A stretch of DNA of 64,000 bases from Trueperaceae bacterium (GCA_965213705.1 OZ243913.1:1184001-1248000), one strand, 5' to 3'. Counted from the first letter of the stretch, positions 9,022-20,619 are shown. The notes: generated by a model from the sequence alone, not told the origin. Made by a program: numbers and translations.

Positions 9022-10779
9022 GTGAAAGTAGGTCTCGGTCACTACCGCGCTGCCTTGGTGGGTTACGTCCGCCCACTGTGGCGGCAGGCCGTAGCCTTAC
9101 TCGCTCTGCTGCTCGCCGGGGTGGGCTTGCAACTGCTGAGTCCATACCTTCTGTCGCAGTTCATCGACGCTGCGACCGGCGGGGGAGCCCTCGCCCTGCT
9201 TGTCAGGTTGGCGATTTTGTACCTGGCTGTCACCGTTGGCGTACAACTGTTGTCGGTAGTCGAAGCGTACGTGGCCGAGAACTTAGGTCTCGTCGCGACG
9301 AACGAACTCCGGGCCGACCTGGCCGCACACGTTTTAAGCCTTGACATGACCTTCCACAACGGTCAAACCCCTGGAGCCCTCATCGAACGCGTCGACGGCG
9401 ATGTCGGGCAGCTCAAGAACTTCTTTTCACGTTTCGCTGTCGACCTGCTCGGCAACGGCTTGTTGATGCTCGGCGTGCTTCTGGCTCTCACCCGCATTGA
9501 CTGGCGCGTCGGCGCAGTGCTGACGGCGTTCACAGTGTTGACGTTTCTCGTCATCTACGGCTTGAAAGACGTAGCCGTGCCTTACTTTCGCGCCTCGCGA
9601 CAGGCGTACGCCGAGCTGTTCGGCTTTTTGGAAGAGCGTCTGGCCGGCACCGAAGACGTGCGCTCGAGCGGCGCGACCGCCTACGTGATGCGCCGCTTTT
9701 TCGAGCGGGCGCGGCACGTCTTGCGCGCTCAGTTGCGCGCGGGCTTGGTCGGCGTGAGCACTTTCAGCCTTTCGGCGGTGCTGTTTTCGCTGGGCTCGAT
9801 TATCGCCCTGGGTGCCGGGGCGCTGCTGTTCCAGCGGGGGGTGGTCAGCATCGGGACGGTGTTTTTGATTTTCCGCTACACCCAACTTTTAACAGGCCCC
9901 ATCGAAATTGTCGGGCGACAGGTCCAGGACTTGCAGCAGGCGGGCGCGTCCATCCTCAGGATTGCCGACCTGTTGGGGACTGAGACCCAACTTGCGGCGG
10001 CCGGTACGGGTGAGTTGCCGCAAGGCGCGGTTGCGGTGGCCTTTCAGAACGTTTCTTTTCGGTATTCCGCGGGCGACCAAGAAGCGGATTGGGTACTCTA
10101 CGACTTGTCCTTCGCACTGAGGCCGGGGACGAAGTTGAGTTTGCTAGGCCGTACGGGCAGTGGCAAGACGACGCTGACCCGGCTGCTACTGCGCCTTTAC
10201 GACCCGACCGAGGGGACAGTCAGTCTCGGCGGCGTGCCGCTGCCCGGCCTGTGTGCCGAAACCGTCAACAAAAAAGTGGGCATGGTGACGCAAGAAATCC
10301 AGCTCTTTCACGCCACGGTCCGTGAAAACCTGTCTCTGTTTGACCCTGCCATCGACGACGCGCGGATGCTTGAAGTGTTGCACGAAGTAGGCCTTGAACC
10401 CTGGTACCGTTCGTTGCCGGCCGGGCTCGACAGCCGCCTCGCACCCGGCGGCGGCGACCTGTCGGCGGGACAAGCCCAGCTGCTGGCTTTTGTGCGGGTG
10501 TTTTTGAAAGACCCCGGCCTGGTCATTCTCGACGAGGCGTCCTCCCGGCTCGACCCCGCCACGGAACGGCAGCTGGGGCGCGCCGTCGACCGGCTTTTGG
10601 AGGGCAGGACCGCCATCGTCATTGCCCACCGCCTCGCCACCCTTCAGCGGGTCGACGACATCATGATTCTCGAGCAGGGGAGATGCGTTGAAGTCGGCAA
10701 GCGGTCCGTCCTGGCGGCGGACCCCGACTCGCGCTTTGCCGGTTTGCTGAAAACCGGGCTGGAAGAGGCGCTGGCGTGA
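9022..10779 (+). CDS. ABC exporter, fused TMD + ATPase
   Basis: 6-TM N-terminus; Walker [31 protein letters not shown]. Confidence 0.95.
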   Translation: MKVGLGHYRAALVGYVRPLWRQAVALLALLLAGVGLQLLSPYLLSQFIDAATGGGALALLVRLAILYLAVTVGVQLLSVVEAYVAENLGLVATNELRADLAAHVLSLDMTFHNGQTPGALIERVDGDVGQLKNFFSRFAVDLLGNGLLMLGVLLALTRIDWRVGAVLTAFTVLTFLVIYGLKDVAVPYFRASRQAYAELFGFLEERLAGTEDVRSSGATAYVMRRFFERARHVLRAQLRAGLVGVSTFSLSAVLFSLGSIIALGAGALLFQRGVVSIGTVFLIFRYTQLLTGPIEIVGRQVQDLQQAGASILRIADLLGTETQLAAAGTGELPQGAVAVAFQNVSFRYSAGDQEADWVLYDLSFALRPGTKLSLLGRTGSGKTTLTRLLLRLYDPTEGTVSLGGVPLPGLCAETVNKKVGMVTQEIQLFHATVRENLSLFDPAIDDARMLEVLHEVGLEPWYRSLPAGLDSRLAPGGGDLSAGQAQLLAFVRVFLKDPGLVILDEASSRLDPATERQLGRAVDRLLEGRTAIVIAHRLATLQRVDDIMILEQGRCVEVGKRSVLAADPDSRFAGLLKTGLEEALA

Positions 10780-12605
10780 GCAGAAGGCCCGGTAGCAATC
10801 CTAGAGGCGTGGCGGGACTGCCCACCTGGCGCGTCGTTGTGAGGCTGGCGCGCTATCGGCCCTGGCTCTACTTAACGAGCGGACTTCTTGCCGGCGTCAT
10901 GTTTTATCTGTTCCCTTTGCTGCCCGGTCTGGTCGTCAAGCGGGTGTTCGACGGGCTTACGGGCGAGGCGAACGCCTCGGTAGGCTTGTGGACGCTGCTG
11001 GCGCTCTTGGCCGGGATTGCCGTCGCCAGACAGGCCACCATCATCGGCGCGGTCGCGGCGGAGACGAGCCTGCGGCTGGTCATCTCGACGCTGCTGCGTA
11101 AAAACTTGCTGGCGCGTATTCTTAAAAACCCCGGTGCCCGCGCCGTGCCCACCTCGCCGGGCGAGGCCGTCAGCCGGTTCCGCGACGACGTGGCGGCCCT
11201 GCCGAATTTTTTGAGCTGGACCCTCGACCCGGTCGGCCAACTTCTCGTCACCGTCGTCGGGCTGAGCGTGCTGGCGAACATCAACGCCCGCCTGACGCTG
11301 GCTGTTTTTATTCCGTTGGTGCTCACCCTTGTCGTCGTCAGGCTGGCCGGCACCCGCATCGAGCGCTACCGCAAGACCAACCAGGAGGCTATAGGCGCGG
11401 TCACCAACCTACTCGGCGAGATGTTCGGCGCGGTCCAAGCCGTCAAAATAGCGGGTACCGGCGCGCACCTCATCAACCACTTTCGACACGTCAACGAGGC
11501 GCGCCGCCGCGCGACGTTGCAGGACCTGCTCCTCAGTAGGCTCCTGGAGTCCTTTTCTACCAACAGCGCTAACATTGCGATAGGGGTGTTGCTACTCTTT
11601 GCCGCACGCCTCATGCAAAGTCCGCCCGGCGTAACCGCACGTTTCACGGTGGGGGACTTTTCGCTGTTCGTTTCCTACCTCGGCTGGTTGGCGACCGTCA
11701 CCAACATGTTCGGCAACTTCTTGACCCTGTACCGCCAGACGGGTGTCTCGCTGACGCGGCTGCTCGAGTTGCTGCCGAGGGTGGCTCCGGACACCCTCGT
11801 TGAGCACGGCCCGGTTTACTTGTGGGGCGACCTGCCGAGCGCCGCGCCGCCCAGCCACAGGTTTGAGGAACATGACAAGCTCGAGAGGCTCAGTGTGAGG
11901 GGTCTCAGCTACTTTTATCCGGGAACGGAACACGGCGTTCAAAACATCGACCTGGAACTTGCGCGAGGCACGCTGACGGTTATTACCGGGCGGGTCGGTG
12001 CGGGAAAAACGACCCTCCTGAAGGTACTTTTAGGCTTGCTGCCTAAGGACGCTGGGGACGTCCACTGGAACGGCGTTTCGGTCGACATCCCCGCCGACTT
12101 CTTCGTGCCGCCCCGCAGCGCCTACACCGCGCAGGTTCCGCGACTTTTTAGCGAAAAGCTCCGCGACAACATCCTTATGGGCTTGCCCGACGGCGCTTTG
12201 CCCGCGGCTCTTCACACGGCCGTGATGGAGCAGGACATCGCAGCGCTTGAGCAGGGATTGGATACCCCGATAGGGCCGCGCGGGACGAAACTCTCCGGCG
12301 GCCAAGTGCAGCGCGCCGCGGCGGCCCGAATGTTCGTTCGCGATTCCGAACTGCTCGTGTTCGACGACCTCTCGAGCGCGCTCGATGTCATCACCGAGCG
12401 CGCTCTTTGGGAACGCGTGCTGACGCGGGAGCGGACCTGTCTGGCGGTCTCCCACCGCAGGTCGGTGTTGCGCCAAGCCGACCGCGTCATCGTGCTTAAG
12501 GATGGGCGGGTCGAGGCCTCGGGTAACTTGGACGAACTGCTGGATCGTAGTGAGGAGATGCGGCGGCTCTGGGCAGGAGAATTGGAAGTGGACGCACAGA
12601 CGTAG
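10776..12605 (+). CDS. ABC exporter, fused TMD + ATPase (partner with degenerate Walker B)
   Basis: [23 protein letters not shown]; 4-bp overlap with the previous gene. Confidence 0.95.
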   Translation: MSRRPGSNPRGVAGLPTWRVVVRLARYRPWLYLTSGLLAGVMFYLFPLLPGLVVKRVFDGLTGEANASVGLWTLLALLAGIAVARQATIIGAVAAETSLRLVISTLLRKNLLARILKNPGARAVPTSPGEAVSRFRDDVAALPNFLSWTLDPVGQLLVTVVGLSVLANINARLTLAVFIPLVLTLVVVRLAGTRIERYRKTNQEAIGAVTNLLGEMFGAVQAVKIAGTGAHLINHFRHVNEARRRATLQDLLLSRLLESFSTNSANIAIGVLLLFAARLMQSPPGVTARFTVGDFSLFVSYLGWLATVTNMFGNFLTLYRQTGVSLTRLLELLPRVAPDTLVEHGPVYLWGDLPSAAPPSHRFEEHDKLERLSVRGLSYFYPGTEHGVQNIDLELARGTLTVITGRVGAGKTTLLKVLLGLLPKDAGDVHWNGVSVDIPADFFVPPRSAYTAQVPRLFSEKLRDNILMGLPDGALPAALHTAVMEQDIAALEQGLDTPIGPRGTKLSGGQVQRAAAARMFVRDSELLVFDDLSSALDVITERALWERVLTRERTCLAVSHRRSVLRQADRVIVLKDGRVEASGNLDELLDRSEEMRRLWAGELEVDAQT

Positions 12606-12665
12606 GTACTATCGCTATTCAATTGTTCTGCGACGGCAACCGTCATAGTAAGGCAAAAAACGCCT

Positions 12666-12899
12666 TTACTCTTCGAACTCCAACAGGTCATCAGGCGTTA
12701 CCTTTTGACCGGTCAGCTCACTTAGTCCACTGAGGATGTCCGCCAACACTTCAAGGTCAAGGCGCTTGAGGGTTTCACCCTGTCGCACCAAGCGATACAC
12801 AGTGTTCTCACGACCGCGCTCGACCCGCTGAGCCAGCTTGTAAGTCGTGATCTTCCTTTTTTCTAGGTAGGCTGCAAGCTTCCACACGACGCGGGCCAT
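12666..12899 (-). CDS. XRE/Cro-like HTH protein (77 aa)
   Basis: WKLAAYLEKRKITTYKLA...LDLEVLADI...TPDDLLEF; TAGCAT 5 nt before ATG. Confidence 0.8.
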   Translation of the reverse strand: MARVVWKLAAYLEKRKITTYKLAQRVERGRENTVYRLVRQGETLKRLDLEVLADILSGLSELTGQKVTPDDLLEFEE

Positions 12900-13021
12900 A
12901 GCGGATGCTAGCACCGGTTCTGGCAGATATAACACTGACGGAAGTAGTAACGTTAGAAGTGATAGTATAAGTTTCGGAGCGCAGTAACTCGGTATAACAC
13001 AGCTGAGAAAAGAGGCTCGAG

Positions 13022-13381
13022 ATGGCTGAACATCAAGGCGACGCGCCGGAGGACACGTCGGGGGTAGGGGAGACCCCCAAAACCCCAATACCCATGACCG
13101 ACACCGAGTTCGCCGTCGCCGTCGATGCCAAGCTGTGGGTCAGCCCGTCAGGCAACATGCGCAACAACACCGAGAACTACAGAGCGGTAGACGACGCGCT
13201 CGAAGACCGCGACGACGCTCTCAAACTCTTGCAAGACTTGCTCGAGCGCCTCATCCGCCTGCAAAGCTGGCGTACCTTTCCGCAACTCGCAGCGCCCATA
13301 CTCGAGGCCCTGCTCTTCGTCCAGGACATAGTCGGCCAGATAGCCGTTTTGGGACCCGACGACACGAAGTCTTCCCGGTAG
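13022..13381 (+). CDS. Hypothetical protein divergent from the XRE gene
   Basis: 119-aa ORF with AGAGG RBS and upstream AT-rich promoter region. Confidence 0.5.
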   Translation: MAEHQGDAPEDTSGVGETPKTPIPMTDTEFAVAVDAKLWVSPSGNMRNNTENYRAVDDALEDRDDALKLLQDLLERLIRLQSWRTFPQLAAPILEALLFVQDIVGQIAVLGPDDTKSSR

Positions 13382-13543
13382 GGGAGACTTCAAAGAAAGA
13401 AGCCGAACGGCTTGGTCCGGCTTAAAGCGTGAGCAGGGAAGTCGTAGGGGACGGTCGCTCAGTAAGAGAAGTGTAGCTCTACAAGTGTCATAAGAAACTG
13501 ACGGCGGTAGTCGCCTAGGGTGCAAGTCTGTTAGCCTACCCTC

Positions 13544-13846
13544 ATGTTCACCATCACCGTCGGCAGCCTGGTCGTGGTCAAGCGGAGCACCGCTATCTGC
13601 GACGAGGGTGAGGTGGGAGTATGCTATGAGCTGTACGGCACACCCGAGCAACCCGGTTACAGCTTTATTTTTGAGAGCGGTGGCTACGACGGCTTCAGTC
13701 CTGAAGAGGTCGACACTATCCTGGACGTGACCGGTGTGGTGTTGCCGTCGGTAGCCTCGTATGCGTTCGAGAACGTGGGGCGGCTCAAGCGGGACTTTCG
13801 GCAGGGAAGGTTCAAAGAAGCGTTCGGGGCTCGAGCCCAGGCATAA
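13544..13846 (+). CDS. Hypothetical protein (100 aa)
   Basis: Leaderless TAGCCT-6-ATG; a decayed paralogue exists at 22635-23054. Confidence 0.7.
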   Translation: MFTITVGSLVVVKRSTAICDEGEVGVCYELYGTPEQPGYSFIFESGGYDGFSPEEVDTILDVTGVVLPSVASYAFENVGRLKRDFRQGRFKEAFGARAQA

Positions 13847-14194
13847 AGATGGTCTGCAGCCTGTAATGCCTTTTATAGAGTCGTCCCACCGCAAGCTCAT
13901 GGCTCACTGAGGTAGTGCTTGACAGCGAAATAACAGAACTGACCAGGCGGGACTGCGAATCAGTTTATCAAAGCGCCTTCCCAAGTTTCACGAAACCCCT
14001 TTAAGCCATCTGTTGACCTTTCACAAAACCTTGTAAGATGCACGGATGCTGACCGAGACCTACAAGCGCGCCTTTGACCGCCTTGTCGCTACCAGAGACG
14101 AGCTGAGCGCCGACTTCTAGCACTTATTGAGAAAATTCGTGAGGCGATGCTGCCCTCATACGCGAGCGTACACCTCCGGCTGCGCCCGAGCACT

Positions 14195-15454
14195 TTAGTG
14201 TTCTTTCGCAGCGAGCCAATCCAGAAGAAGCGCAGCCGTCCAGGCGAAGGTGTGGCCGCCTAAGCCCTCGCCCGTGGCTGGATTAAAGTACTCAAACAGT
14301 CCTGAGCGGTCCACAAGGGCGAAGCTGTCCTCCTTAAGCCGCTCGGCCTGTGTGTCAAAGCCGTAGTCGAGTAGTCCCTGATAAACGAGCCAGTTTACGT
14401 TGATCCAGACCGGGCCGCGCCAGTAGCGCTTCGGCTCGAAGACCGGGTCGGCGGGGTCGAAGCTCGGCAACAGGTAGGAGACCTGGTTCGTCCAAGCCTC
14501 GAGAACGGCCGTGAGTTTGCGCGCCTGCTCGTCCGTAACAACGCCGGCGTAGAGTGGCATGAATCCTTCGAAGGTGCGGAGTTTGATAGATTCACCGCCG
14601 ACGAGGTCGCGTGAGTAGAAAAAGGCACCGTCCGGGTTCCACAGGTCCTGCAGCGCCGTTTTGCCCCGCTCGAGCCACCTTTCCAGTTCGTTCGTCTCGA
14701 ACCCGAGCCGCTGCGCCAAAGCGAGCAAATCGCGGTTCGACCGGTGCAAAATCGCGTTGAAGGCGACGCTGGCTACTTTGAAGGGGGACACTCGGTATAG
14801 GGTCGCCGGGTCGTAGTCGTGTTCGCGGAACAGTTTAACGAGGCCCATGTAGCGCTCGTACTCCTCGGTTTTGGGCCGCTGCTCGCTCGAAACGTGGCTG
14901 GTGTCGCGCCGCTCGGCTGGCAAGGCCACCCGGGGGACGCGCTGCAAAGCCCTGTCCCACAAGGGACTGTTGTCCATGCCGCTCTCCCAGGGGTGGAGGA
15001 TGGCGACCAAACCCGTTTCTTCGGAGTCGCGGGCGTGATAGAACCACCGGTGAAAAGCGAGGAGCTTTGGATAAAGACTGCGCGCTTTGGCCTCGGCGAG
15101 GGCGCTGTCCCCAGCACCCTCGAGCAGTCGCCGCACGACGGTCGCGAGCACCGGGGGTTGGGTGATGCCGCTGCTCGGCACCGGGCCGGTCGCGCCCCAG
15201 GCGTCGGGGCCGGGATAATAGCCGGGGTCGGCGCGGTGAAAGACGATGTGAGGCACCATGCCGTCCGGCCACTGGGCTGTAAGAAGCGTCTCGAGTTCTA
15301 CCCAAGCCCGCGCCTCGTCGAACGTCGCCCAACCGAGCGCGATAAAACCAGCGTCCCAGAGCCACTGATACGGATACAAGCGCGGCGAAGGGACCGTGTA
15401 GCTCCCACGGTCGTCGGTGCGAAGCGTGTCGCGGCAGGCTTCAAGCAGCGTCAT
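14195..15454 (-). CDS. GH63-like glycoside hydrolase (mannosyl/glucosylglycerate hydrolase type)
   Basis: PSPRLYPYQWLWD, DGMVPHIVF, SGITQPP, HPWESGMDNSP.WD, YWRGPVWINVNW, EYFNP.TGEGLG. Confidence 0.9.
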   Translation of the reverse strand: MTLLEACRDTLRTDDRGSYTVPSPRLYPYQWLWDAGFIALGWATFDEARAWVELETLLTAQWPDGMVPHIVFHRADPGYYPGPDAWGATGPVPSSGITQPPVLATVVRRLLEGAGDSALAEAKARSLYPKLLAFHRWFYHARDSEETGLVAILHPWESGMDNSPLWDRALQRVPRVALPAERRDTSHVSSEQRPKTEEYERYMGLVKLFREHDYDPATLYRVSPFKVASVAFNAILHRSNRDLLALAQRLGFETNELERWLERGKTALQDLWNPDGAFFYSRDLVGGESIKLRTFEGFMPLYAGVVTDEQARKLTAVLEAWTNQVSYLLPSFDPADPVFEPKRYWRGPVWINVNWLVYQGLLDYGFDTQAERLKEDSFALVDRSGLFEYFNPATGEGLGGHTFAWTAALLLDWLAAKEH

Positions 15455-16714
15455 CTAGCCCTTCACTCCCCCGGCGGTAAGACCGCCGACCAAGTATTTT
15501 TCAAACCAGAAAAAGAGCACCATAATTGGCACCGTGACGATGACCGCCCCGGCCATGAGGTACTGACGCGGCACTTCTTGCGAATTGAGCCCCACCATGC
15601 CGCGCGACAAGGTAAAGATGGCGGGCGTGTCGAGAAACATAAAGGCGAACAAAAACTCGTTCCAGGCGATCATAAAGACGTACAGTCCGACTGAGGCCAG
15701 TGCGGGCAAACTCAGCGGCAAGGTGATACGCCAAATCACGCCGAGGCGCGTCGCGCCGTCGATGAGCCCGGCCTCTTCCAAGTCTTTAGGCAGTGTTTGA
15801 AAGTAGCTGCGCAGCATGTAGAGCGCGACCGGCAAGGTCGTGGCGGGGTAAACGATGAGAAGTCCCGGCAGTGTGTCGCGTAAACCCAGTTGCGTGAAAA
15901 TCGAGTAGAGCGGAATGACCAGCACGATGGCCGGGAACATGTAGATGAGGAGAATCGAGCGCGACAGTAGCTTGCGGCCGGGAAATTCAAGCCGGGTGAC
16001 CGCGTAGGCGCCGAGCACCGATAAGACAAGTGTGACGACGACGGTCACGCTGGCGACAAAGGTGCTGTTGCCGATGAAGCGCCAAAAATTGAAGGTAATG
16101 AGCACCTCGCGGTAGCCGACAAACAGGTCCGAAAGACCCTGACTCAGGTCGATGCCGAGGTAGGTCGGGTTTTGCAGCAGTTCGGCCCTCGGCTTGAAGC
16201 TCGAGGCCACCATGAAGTAAAAAGGGAAGATGACGATGGTGAGGAAAAAGGTGAAGCCGACTGCGCGTAAGACGCGCAGCAGCAGCACCTCCAAATCGCT
16301 CCGACCGACTTCGCCGAGCTTTAGACCGCGCAAGCCGTAGCGCGTCAGTTGAGCGCTGGCGACAAAGGTGAGGAGTGAGCCCAGCACACCCCAAAAGGGC
16401 TCAATTTCAGTCACGCCGAGCGGTCGCCCGGCAAAGATGAAGAGCCACAGCGCGCCGACGAGCACGCCCAAACCCAGCGCCGGCAAAGGTCGTGTGTCGC
16501 GCTCGCCGCGCACCGTTCCAACGGCGACGCCCAGAGCTGCACCTGTGAGGAGTCCCCAGCCGAGCGGCAGCGCCGTGTCGAGTCCCCCCAACACGGTCGC
16601 CGATACCGTCCACAGGGTGAGCGCCAGCGTCACGGCGAGAGCGCCCACTATTGCGGCGACGAGCACACCGGGGAGCGAGCGGTTTCGGTTCGTACCAACC
16701 TGTAGGGCAGCCAT
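15455..16714 (-). CDS. Carbohydrate ABC permease (MalG-like, extended N-terminus)
   Basis: EAA motif LEEAGLIDGA; WNEFLFA; ends GLTAGGVKG; TAATG coupling. Confidence 0.92.
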   Translation of the reverse strand: MAALQVGTNRNRSLPGVLVAAIVGALAVTLALTLWTVSATVLGGLDTALPLGWGLLTGAALGVAVGTVRGERDTRPLPALGLGVLVGALWLFIFAGRPLGVTEIEPFWGVLGSLLTFVASAQLTRYGLRGLKLGEVGRSDLEVLLLRVLRAVGFTFFLTIVIFPFYFMVASSFKPRAELLQNPTYLGIDLSQGLSDLFVGYREVLITFNFWRFIGNSTFVASVTVVVTLVLSVLGAYAVTRLEFPGRKLLSRSILLIYMFPAIVLVIPLYSIFTQLGLRDTLPGLLIVYPATTLPVALYMLRSYFQTLPKDLEEAGLIDGATRLGVIWRITLPLSLPALASVGLYVFMIAWNEFLFAFMFLDTPAIFTLSRGMVGLNSQEVPRQYLMAGAVIVTVPIMVLFFWFEKYLVGGLTAGGVKG

Positions 16715-17964
16715 TACTCCTCCGGAGCGTAGCGAAAATAGAGCACCATAAAGAGAGCCAGAATCAGAAACAGCACGACCGCCACCGCCGCCCCGGCCCC
16801 GATGTCGGCCAGGGCGAAGGCTTGGTCGTAGACTTGGACGGTCAGCGTCTTGGTGCCGGCGGCACCGCCGGTGAGAAGGAAAATATCGTCGAACTTGTTG
16901 AAGGTCCAGATAAAGCGCAGCAAAAACAGCGTAGCGAGGATGCCGACGAGTTGCGGCAGGGTGATGTACCAAAACTGTTGCAGCGGGCTGGCCCCGTCGA
17001 CGTCGGCGGCCTCGTACATGTCGCGCGGAATAGCCTGAAAGCGGGCCAGGATGAACAGGAACGCGAACGGAAAATACCGCCACGCTTCAAAGGCGATGAC
17101 GGTAGAGAGCGCCAGTGGCAGCTCGAGCGTGGCCCCGAACAAGTTGACACCCACCGACCGCTGCCCCAAAAAGTTCACCGCCTCGCCCAACAGTCCAAAA
17201 CGTGTGCCGAGCGCGTTGACCGCACCGCTCAGGGGGTCGAGTAAAAATGACCAGGTAAACGCCACGGCGATAACCGGCGCGACGTAGGGAAACAAAAAGA
17301 GCCCGCGCAACAGGCCTTGCCCGAAAAATTGCGCGTTCAAGAGTTGGGCGGCGAAAAGCCCCAGTAGAATCGAACCCAAAGTGCCGAAAATCGTGTACCA
17401 CAGCGTAGTGCGCAGGGTCGGCCAGAACTCGGCCGAACGGAAGACGCGCGTAAAGTTGCGGAGCGTGAAAACGGTGTTAGTAAGGATATTAGGGGCGTTG
17501 CCGACAATCTCGGGGTCACTGGTGAGCGGGTCGGCCGCCGCGCTGAAAAATGGCTGATCGGCGAGGAAGTCCAGCTCGAGGTTTTCGCGGTAACCTCCCT
17601 CCCAGCGCCCGAGGTCGCAGCCTAAAGCTAGGCCGTCCTGCTGGCAGCGAGCGTCCGTCTCTACCAGGGTGAGCCCGGCGGGAAGCGTGTCGCGCAGCAC
17701 GACCTCGTCGACGGCTATGTCTTGTGAGGAGTTGCGCATCTGGTAACGAACCCGCAGCGTGTCGCCCGACGCCGCGGGCGTTTCTAAGACGCGTTCGCGT
17801 ACCACCGGGGCCGGCGGGCGCAAGTCCGCCAAGCCGACCGGCTTGAACGAGATCCAGAGGTTGGCGAGCACCGGGAACAGCACGATGGCGAAGACGATGA
17901 CAAAGGTCGGTGCCAGCATGAAGTAGGCCAACCGTGCTTCACGACGAGCAAGCGTACCTCTCAT
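16714..17964 (-). CDS. Carbohydrate ABC permease (MalF-like) with inserted DUF11-like loop
   Basis: MYEAADVDGA; insert VVLRDTLPAGLTLV...C...CDLG. Confidence 0.92.
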   Translation of the reverse strand: MRGTLARREARLAYFMLAPTFVIVFAIVLFPVLANLWISFKPVGLADLRPPAPVVRERVLETPAASGDTLRVRYQMRNSSQDIAVDEVVLRDTLPAGLTLVETDARCQQDGLALGCDLGRWEGGYRENLELDFLADQPFFSAAADPLTSDPEIVGNAPNILTNTVFTLRNFTRVFRSAEFWPTLRTTLWYTIFGTLGSILLGLFAAQLLNAQFFGQGLLRGLFLFPYVAPVIAVAFTWSFLLDPLSGAVNALGTRFGLLGEAVNFLGQRSVGVNLFGATLELPLALSTVIAFEAWRYFPFAFLFILARFQAIPRDMYEAADVDGASPLQQFWYITLPQLVGILATLFLLRFIWTFNKFDDIFLLTGGAAGTKTLTVQVYDQAFALADIGAGAAVAVVLFLILALFMVLYFRYAPEE

Positions 17965-18010
17965 AGGGCTCCTTTGCCCCGCTCCGCGTGTCGCGGAGCG
18001 GGGTCAGCGG

Positions 18011-19345
18011 TTAGCGGAGCGCTTCGACGCGCTGGACGAGCAAGTCGGCGGTGTCTTCGGCGCTGCGGTCGCCGTCCAGAAACGCACGCACGAGTTCGCT
18101 CATCACACGGGTGCCGTACAGGCGTGACAGCAGCGCGCCCTGGCCTTGACTGTAGGCCCAGCGGTTGCCCACGTCGAGACCGGCGACGATGCCGTCGATG
18201 ACGTCTTGGCTGTAGATGTCGGCGAGCGGCGCTTTGCGGTCCACACCGACCTCAAGTTGAGCCCAGCCTTCGGTGAACTCGTTGGGCGCGTCGGCGGTGC
18301 CGCGGCGCACCGGGAACAGGCCTTCGGGAGCCATCGACAGCCAAGTGAGGTAGGCGTCGTTGAGGACGTAGTCGACAAAGCTTTGCGCGGCCTGGGTGTC
18401 GGCGTCGACGCTGATGCCGAAGTAAGAACCGCTCGCCCAGCCCGCGCCGTCCGGGTTGCTGGGACCGGCGAGGCGGGTTACAAAACCGGTGTTTTTAGCC
18501 AGTTCGTCGCTCGTGGGGTCGGCCCCGGCGGTGACCGGCACGTTGTCGCGCAAGCCGGCCAACTCGTCCAAGATGAAGGGCGACCACATGATCATCGCCG
18601 CTTGCCCGCCCAAGTAGAGTTCACGCGACTGCTCCCAGTAGAGGTTGCCCGGCGGCGACGCGTCGGCAAGCTTTTTGTAGAACTCCAGGGTTTCGATGAC
18701 CTTGTCCCGGTCGAGCGAGATGGAACCGTCGTCGTTGACGAGTTGAACGCCGTCGGCGAGGAAGAACTCTTCCAACACTTGCATCATGTAGTCGTTGTCG
18801 ACGTCGGTGGCGGCCACGAAGCCGTACATGTCGGGCGGGTTGCCAAGCGCGTCGACCGCGGCCTCGATAGCGGCGAAGGTGGTAGGTGCCTCGAGCCCGG
18901 CTTCTTCAAACAGGTCTTTGCGGTAAACGATTAGCTGGGTCCAACCGTCGGACGGCACCGCCGCGTAACCGCCTTCGACGCGGGCCAAGTTCAGCGGCCC
19001 CTCGGCAAAGGTGTCCTCGCCCAGGGTTTCGACGGTCTCGGTGGCGGCTTCGATGTCGAGGATGCCCGCGTCGACCCAGCCGATGGTCTGACTGATGGGG
19101 TGGTAAATCACGTCGGGCAAGTCACCCGCGGAAAAAGCGGCGGTGACGCGGGTGGCAAGTTCGCTTTCTTCCACCGGCACCACCTCGACCGAGGTACCCG
19201 TGGCGGCCTCGAAGTCGGCGGCGATTTGCTCCTGCACCGCCATACGTTCGGGCTGTGTCTGGGTCGTCCAGAAGACGAGTTGCGCGTGAGCGGCGGCAAA
19301 ACAGAAAACGAGCAGACTTAACGACAGTTTGAACCAAAGTTTCAT
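18011..19345 (-). CDS. Sugar ABC substrate-binding protein
   Basis: Signal peptide, AGDLPDV, YRKDLFEEAGLEAP; AAGGAGG RBS. Confidence 0.93.
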   Translation of the reverse strand: MKLWFKLSLSLLVFCFAAAHAQLVFWTTQTQPERMAVQEQIAADFEAATGTSVEVVPVEESELATRVTAAFSAGDLPDVIYHPISQTIGWVDAGILDIEAATETVETLGEDTFAEGPLNLARVEGGYAAVPSDGWTQLIVYRKDLFEEAGLEAPTTFAAIEAAVDALGNPPDMYGFVAATDVDNDYMMQVLEEFFLADGVQLVNDDGSISLDRDKVIETLEFYKKLADASPPGNLYWEQSRELYLGGQAAMIMWSPFILDELAGLRDNVPVTAGADPTSDELAKNTGFVTRLAGPSNPDGAGWASGSYFGISVDADTQAAQSFVDYVLNDAYLTWLSMAPEGLFPVRRGTADAPNEFTEGWAQLEVGVDRKAPLADIYSQDVIDGIVAGLDVGNRWAYSQGQGALLSRLYGTRVMSELVRAFLDGDRSAEDTADLLVQRVEALR

Positions 19346-19404
19346 GTAGTTCCTCCTTAACCCAACGAGTTAAAACTTACGGCCTTGATGCACGGCTGAG
19401 GACC

Positions 19405-20433
19405 TTACTCAGCAATGGCGCTCTGCACCTCCTTTCTGGACTGTACCGACTGCCGGATTACGAACTCCGTCGGCACGACGGTTGCTTTGGGCGCGGCGCT
19501 ACCCATACGGGCGAGCATTGCCAAGGCAGCCTCGCGACCCATGTCTCGGCCGTTTTGGCGCACCGTCGTTAGGGGCGGGTCGACGTAAGCGCACCAGGGC
19601 AGGTCGTCGAAGCCAACCACGGACAGGTCGGCAGGCAGCTTGACCCCGCGCAGTTTGCAGCCGTGGTACAGCCCGAGGGCGACGCGGTCGTTGCTGCACA
19701 AAACTGCGGTCACGTCGGGACGGCGCGTCAAGACCTCCGCCGCCTCAACCCCCGCCTGCTCGCTCGAGTCGCCGGGGATGACGAGCGGCGTGAGGCTGTG
19801 CGCGTCGCAAAAGGCGAGGTAACTGGTAAGCCGCTCCCTACCGTCGCGCCTCAGCCCGGCAATGTGGGCGACAGAGCGGTGGCCGAAGGCAAACAAGTGG
19901 TGCATAGCGTCCGTCACACCGCCCGCGTTGTCGAGGCTCACCGAGCTGAAGTTATCCACCGCGTCGTCGGCTTCGCGCTGCACGAGCACGACCGGCACGT
20001 GGTCACCGGCAAGGGCTTTAAGGGCGCGAGCGGCGAGTCTGCTGCCGATCAGGATGAGCGCGTCTACCTTGCGGCCCAAAAGCAGCTCGACCGAGGCTTG
20101 CTCCTGAACCGTGTCGCGGTCGCTCGTCACGATCATAAAGTTTTTGCCGTGCGCCTCCAACACGTCTTCGATGCCGCGCACCATCTGCGCGTAGAGCGGC
20201 CCGGCCACGTCGGGGATGAGCACGCCGACAATCCCGCTCGTACCGGTGACCAGCCCGCGGGCCAAGCTGTTCCGGCGGTAACCGAGGCGTTTAACAGCCG
20301 CTTCGACTTTGGTCCGTGTGCGCTCGGTCACCCTACCCGTTCCCTGAAGGTCGTTGAGAACTCGAGACACCGTCGCGGTAGATACCCCTGCCGTTTGCGC
20401 AACGTCCAGAATAGTTGGATGATGCTTCGACAA
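19405..20433 (-). CDS. LacI-family regulator
   Basis: TILDVAQTAGVSTATVSRVLN; DLSVVGFDD; PPLTTVRQ. Confidence 0.95.
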   Translation of the reverse strand: MSKHHPTILDVAQTAGVSTATVSRVLNDLQGTGRVTERTRTKVEAAVKRLGYRRNSLARGLVTGTSGIVGVLIPDVAGPLYAQMVRGIEDVLEAHGKNFMIVTSDRDTVQEQASVELLLGRKVDALILIGSRLAARALKALAGDHVPVVLVQREADDAVDNFSSVSLDNAGGVTDAMHHLFAFGHRSVAHIAGLRRDGRERLTSYLAFCDAHSLTPLVIPGDSSEQAGVEAAEVLTRRPDVTAVLCSNDRVALGLYHGCKLRGVKLPADLSVVGFDDLPWCAYVDPPLTTVRQNGRDMGREAALAMLARMGSAAPKATVVPTEFVIRQSVQSRKEVQSAIAE

Positions 20434-20473
20434 AAGCTTATCCTCTCGACGAGACCTTTCAGACTAGGGCCTG

Positions 20474-20489
20474 ATGTAAGCGTTTACAT
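20474..20489. promoter_or_regulatory. LacI-type operator
   Basis: ATGTAAGCGTTTACAT palindrome with central CG, downstream of a minus-strand TTGACA-18-CATACT promoter. Confidence 0.8.
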
Positions 20490-20619
20490 TTTGTGTTGAC
20501 TTAAGTATGGCTTACAAGTAGGTCTTGTGTCAAGAATCAACAGGCTTCCTGCGAAAGTGTCAACTGAGCAACCGTAAAGCTGACTCGCGTCGCAACCCAT
20601 TGGACTTGATAAAAGAGGT

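Noticed and set aside
14046..14120. 24-codon leaderless ORF
   Set aside because: Too short, no recognisable motif; probably a gene remnant
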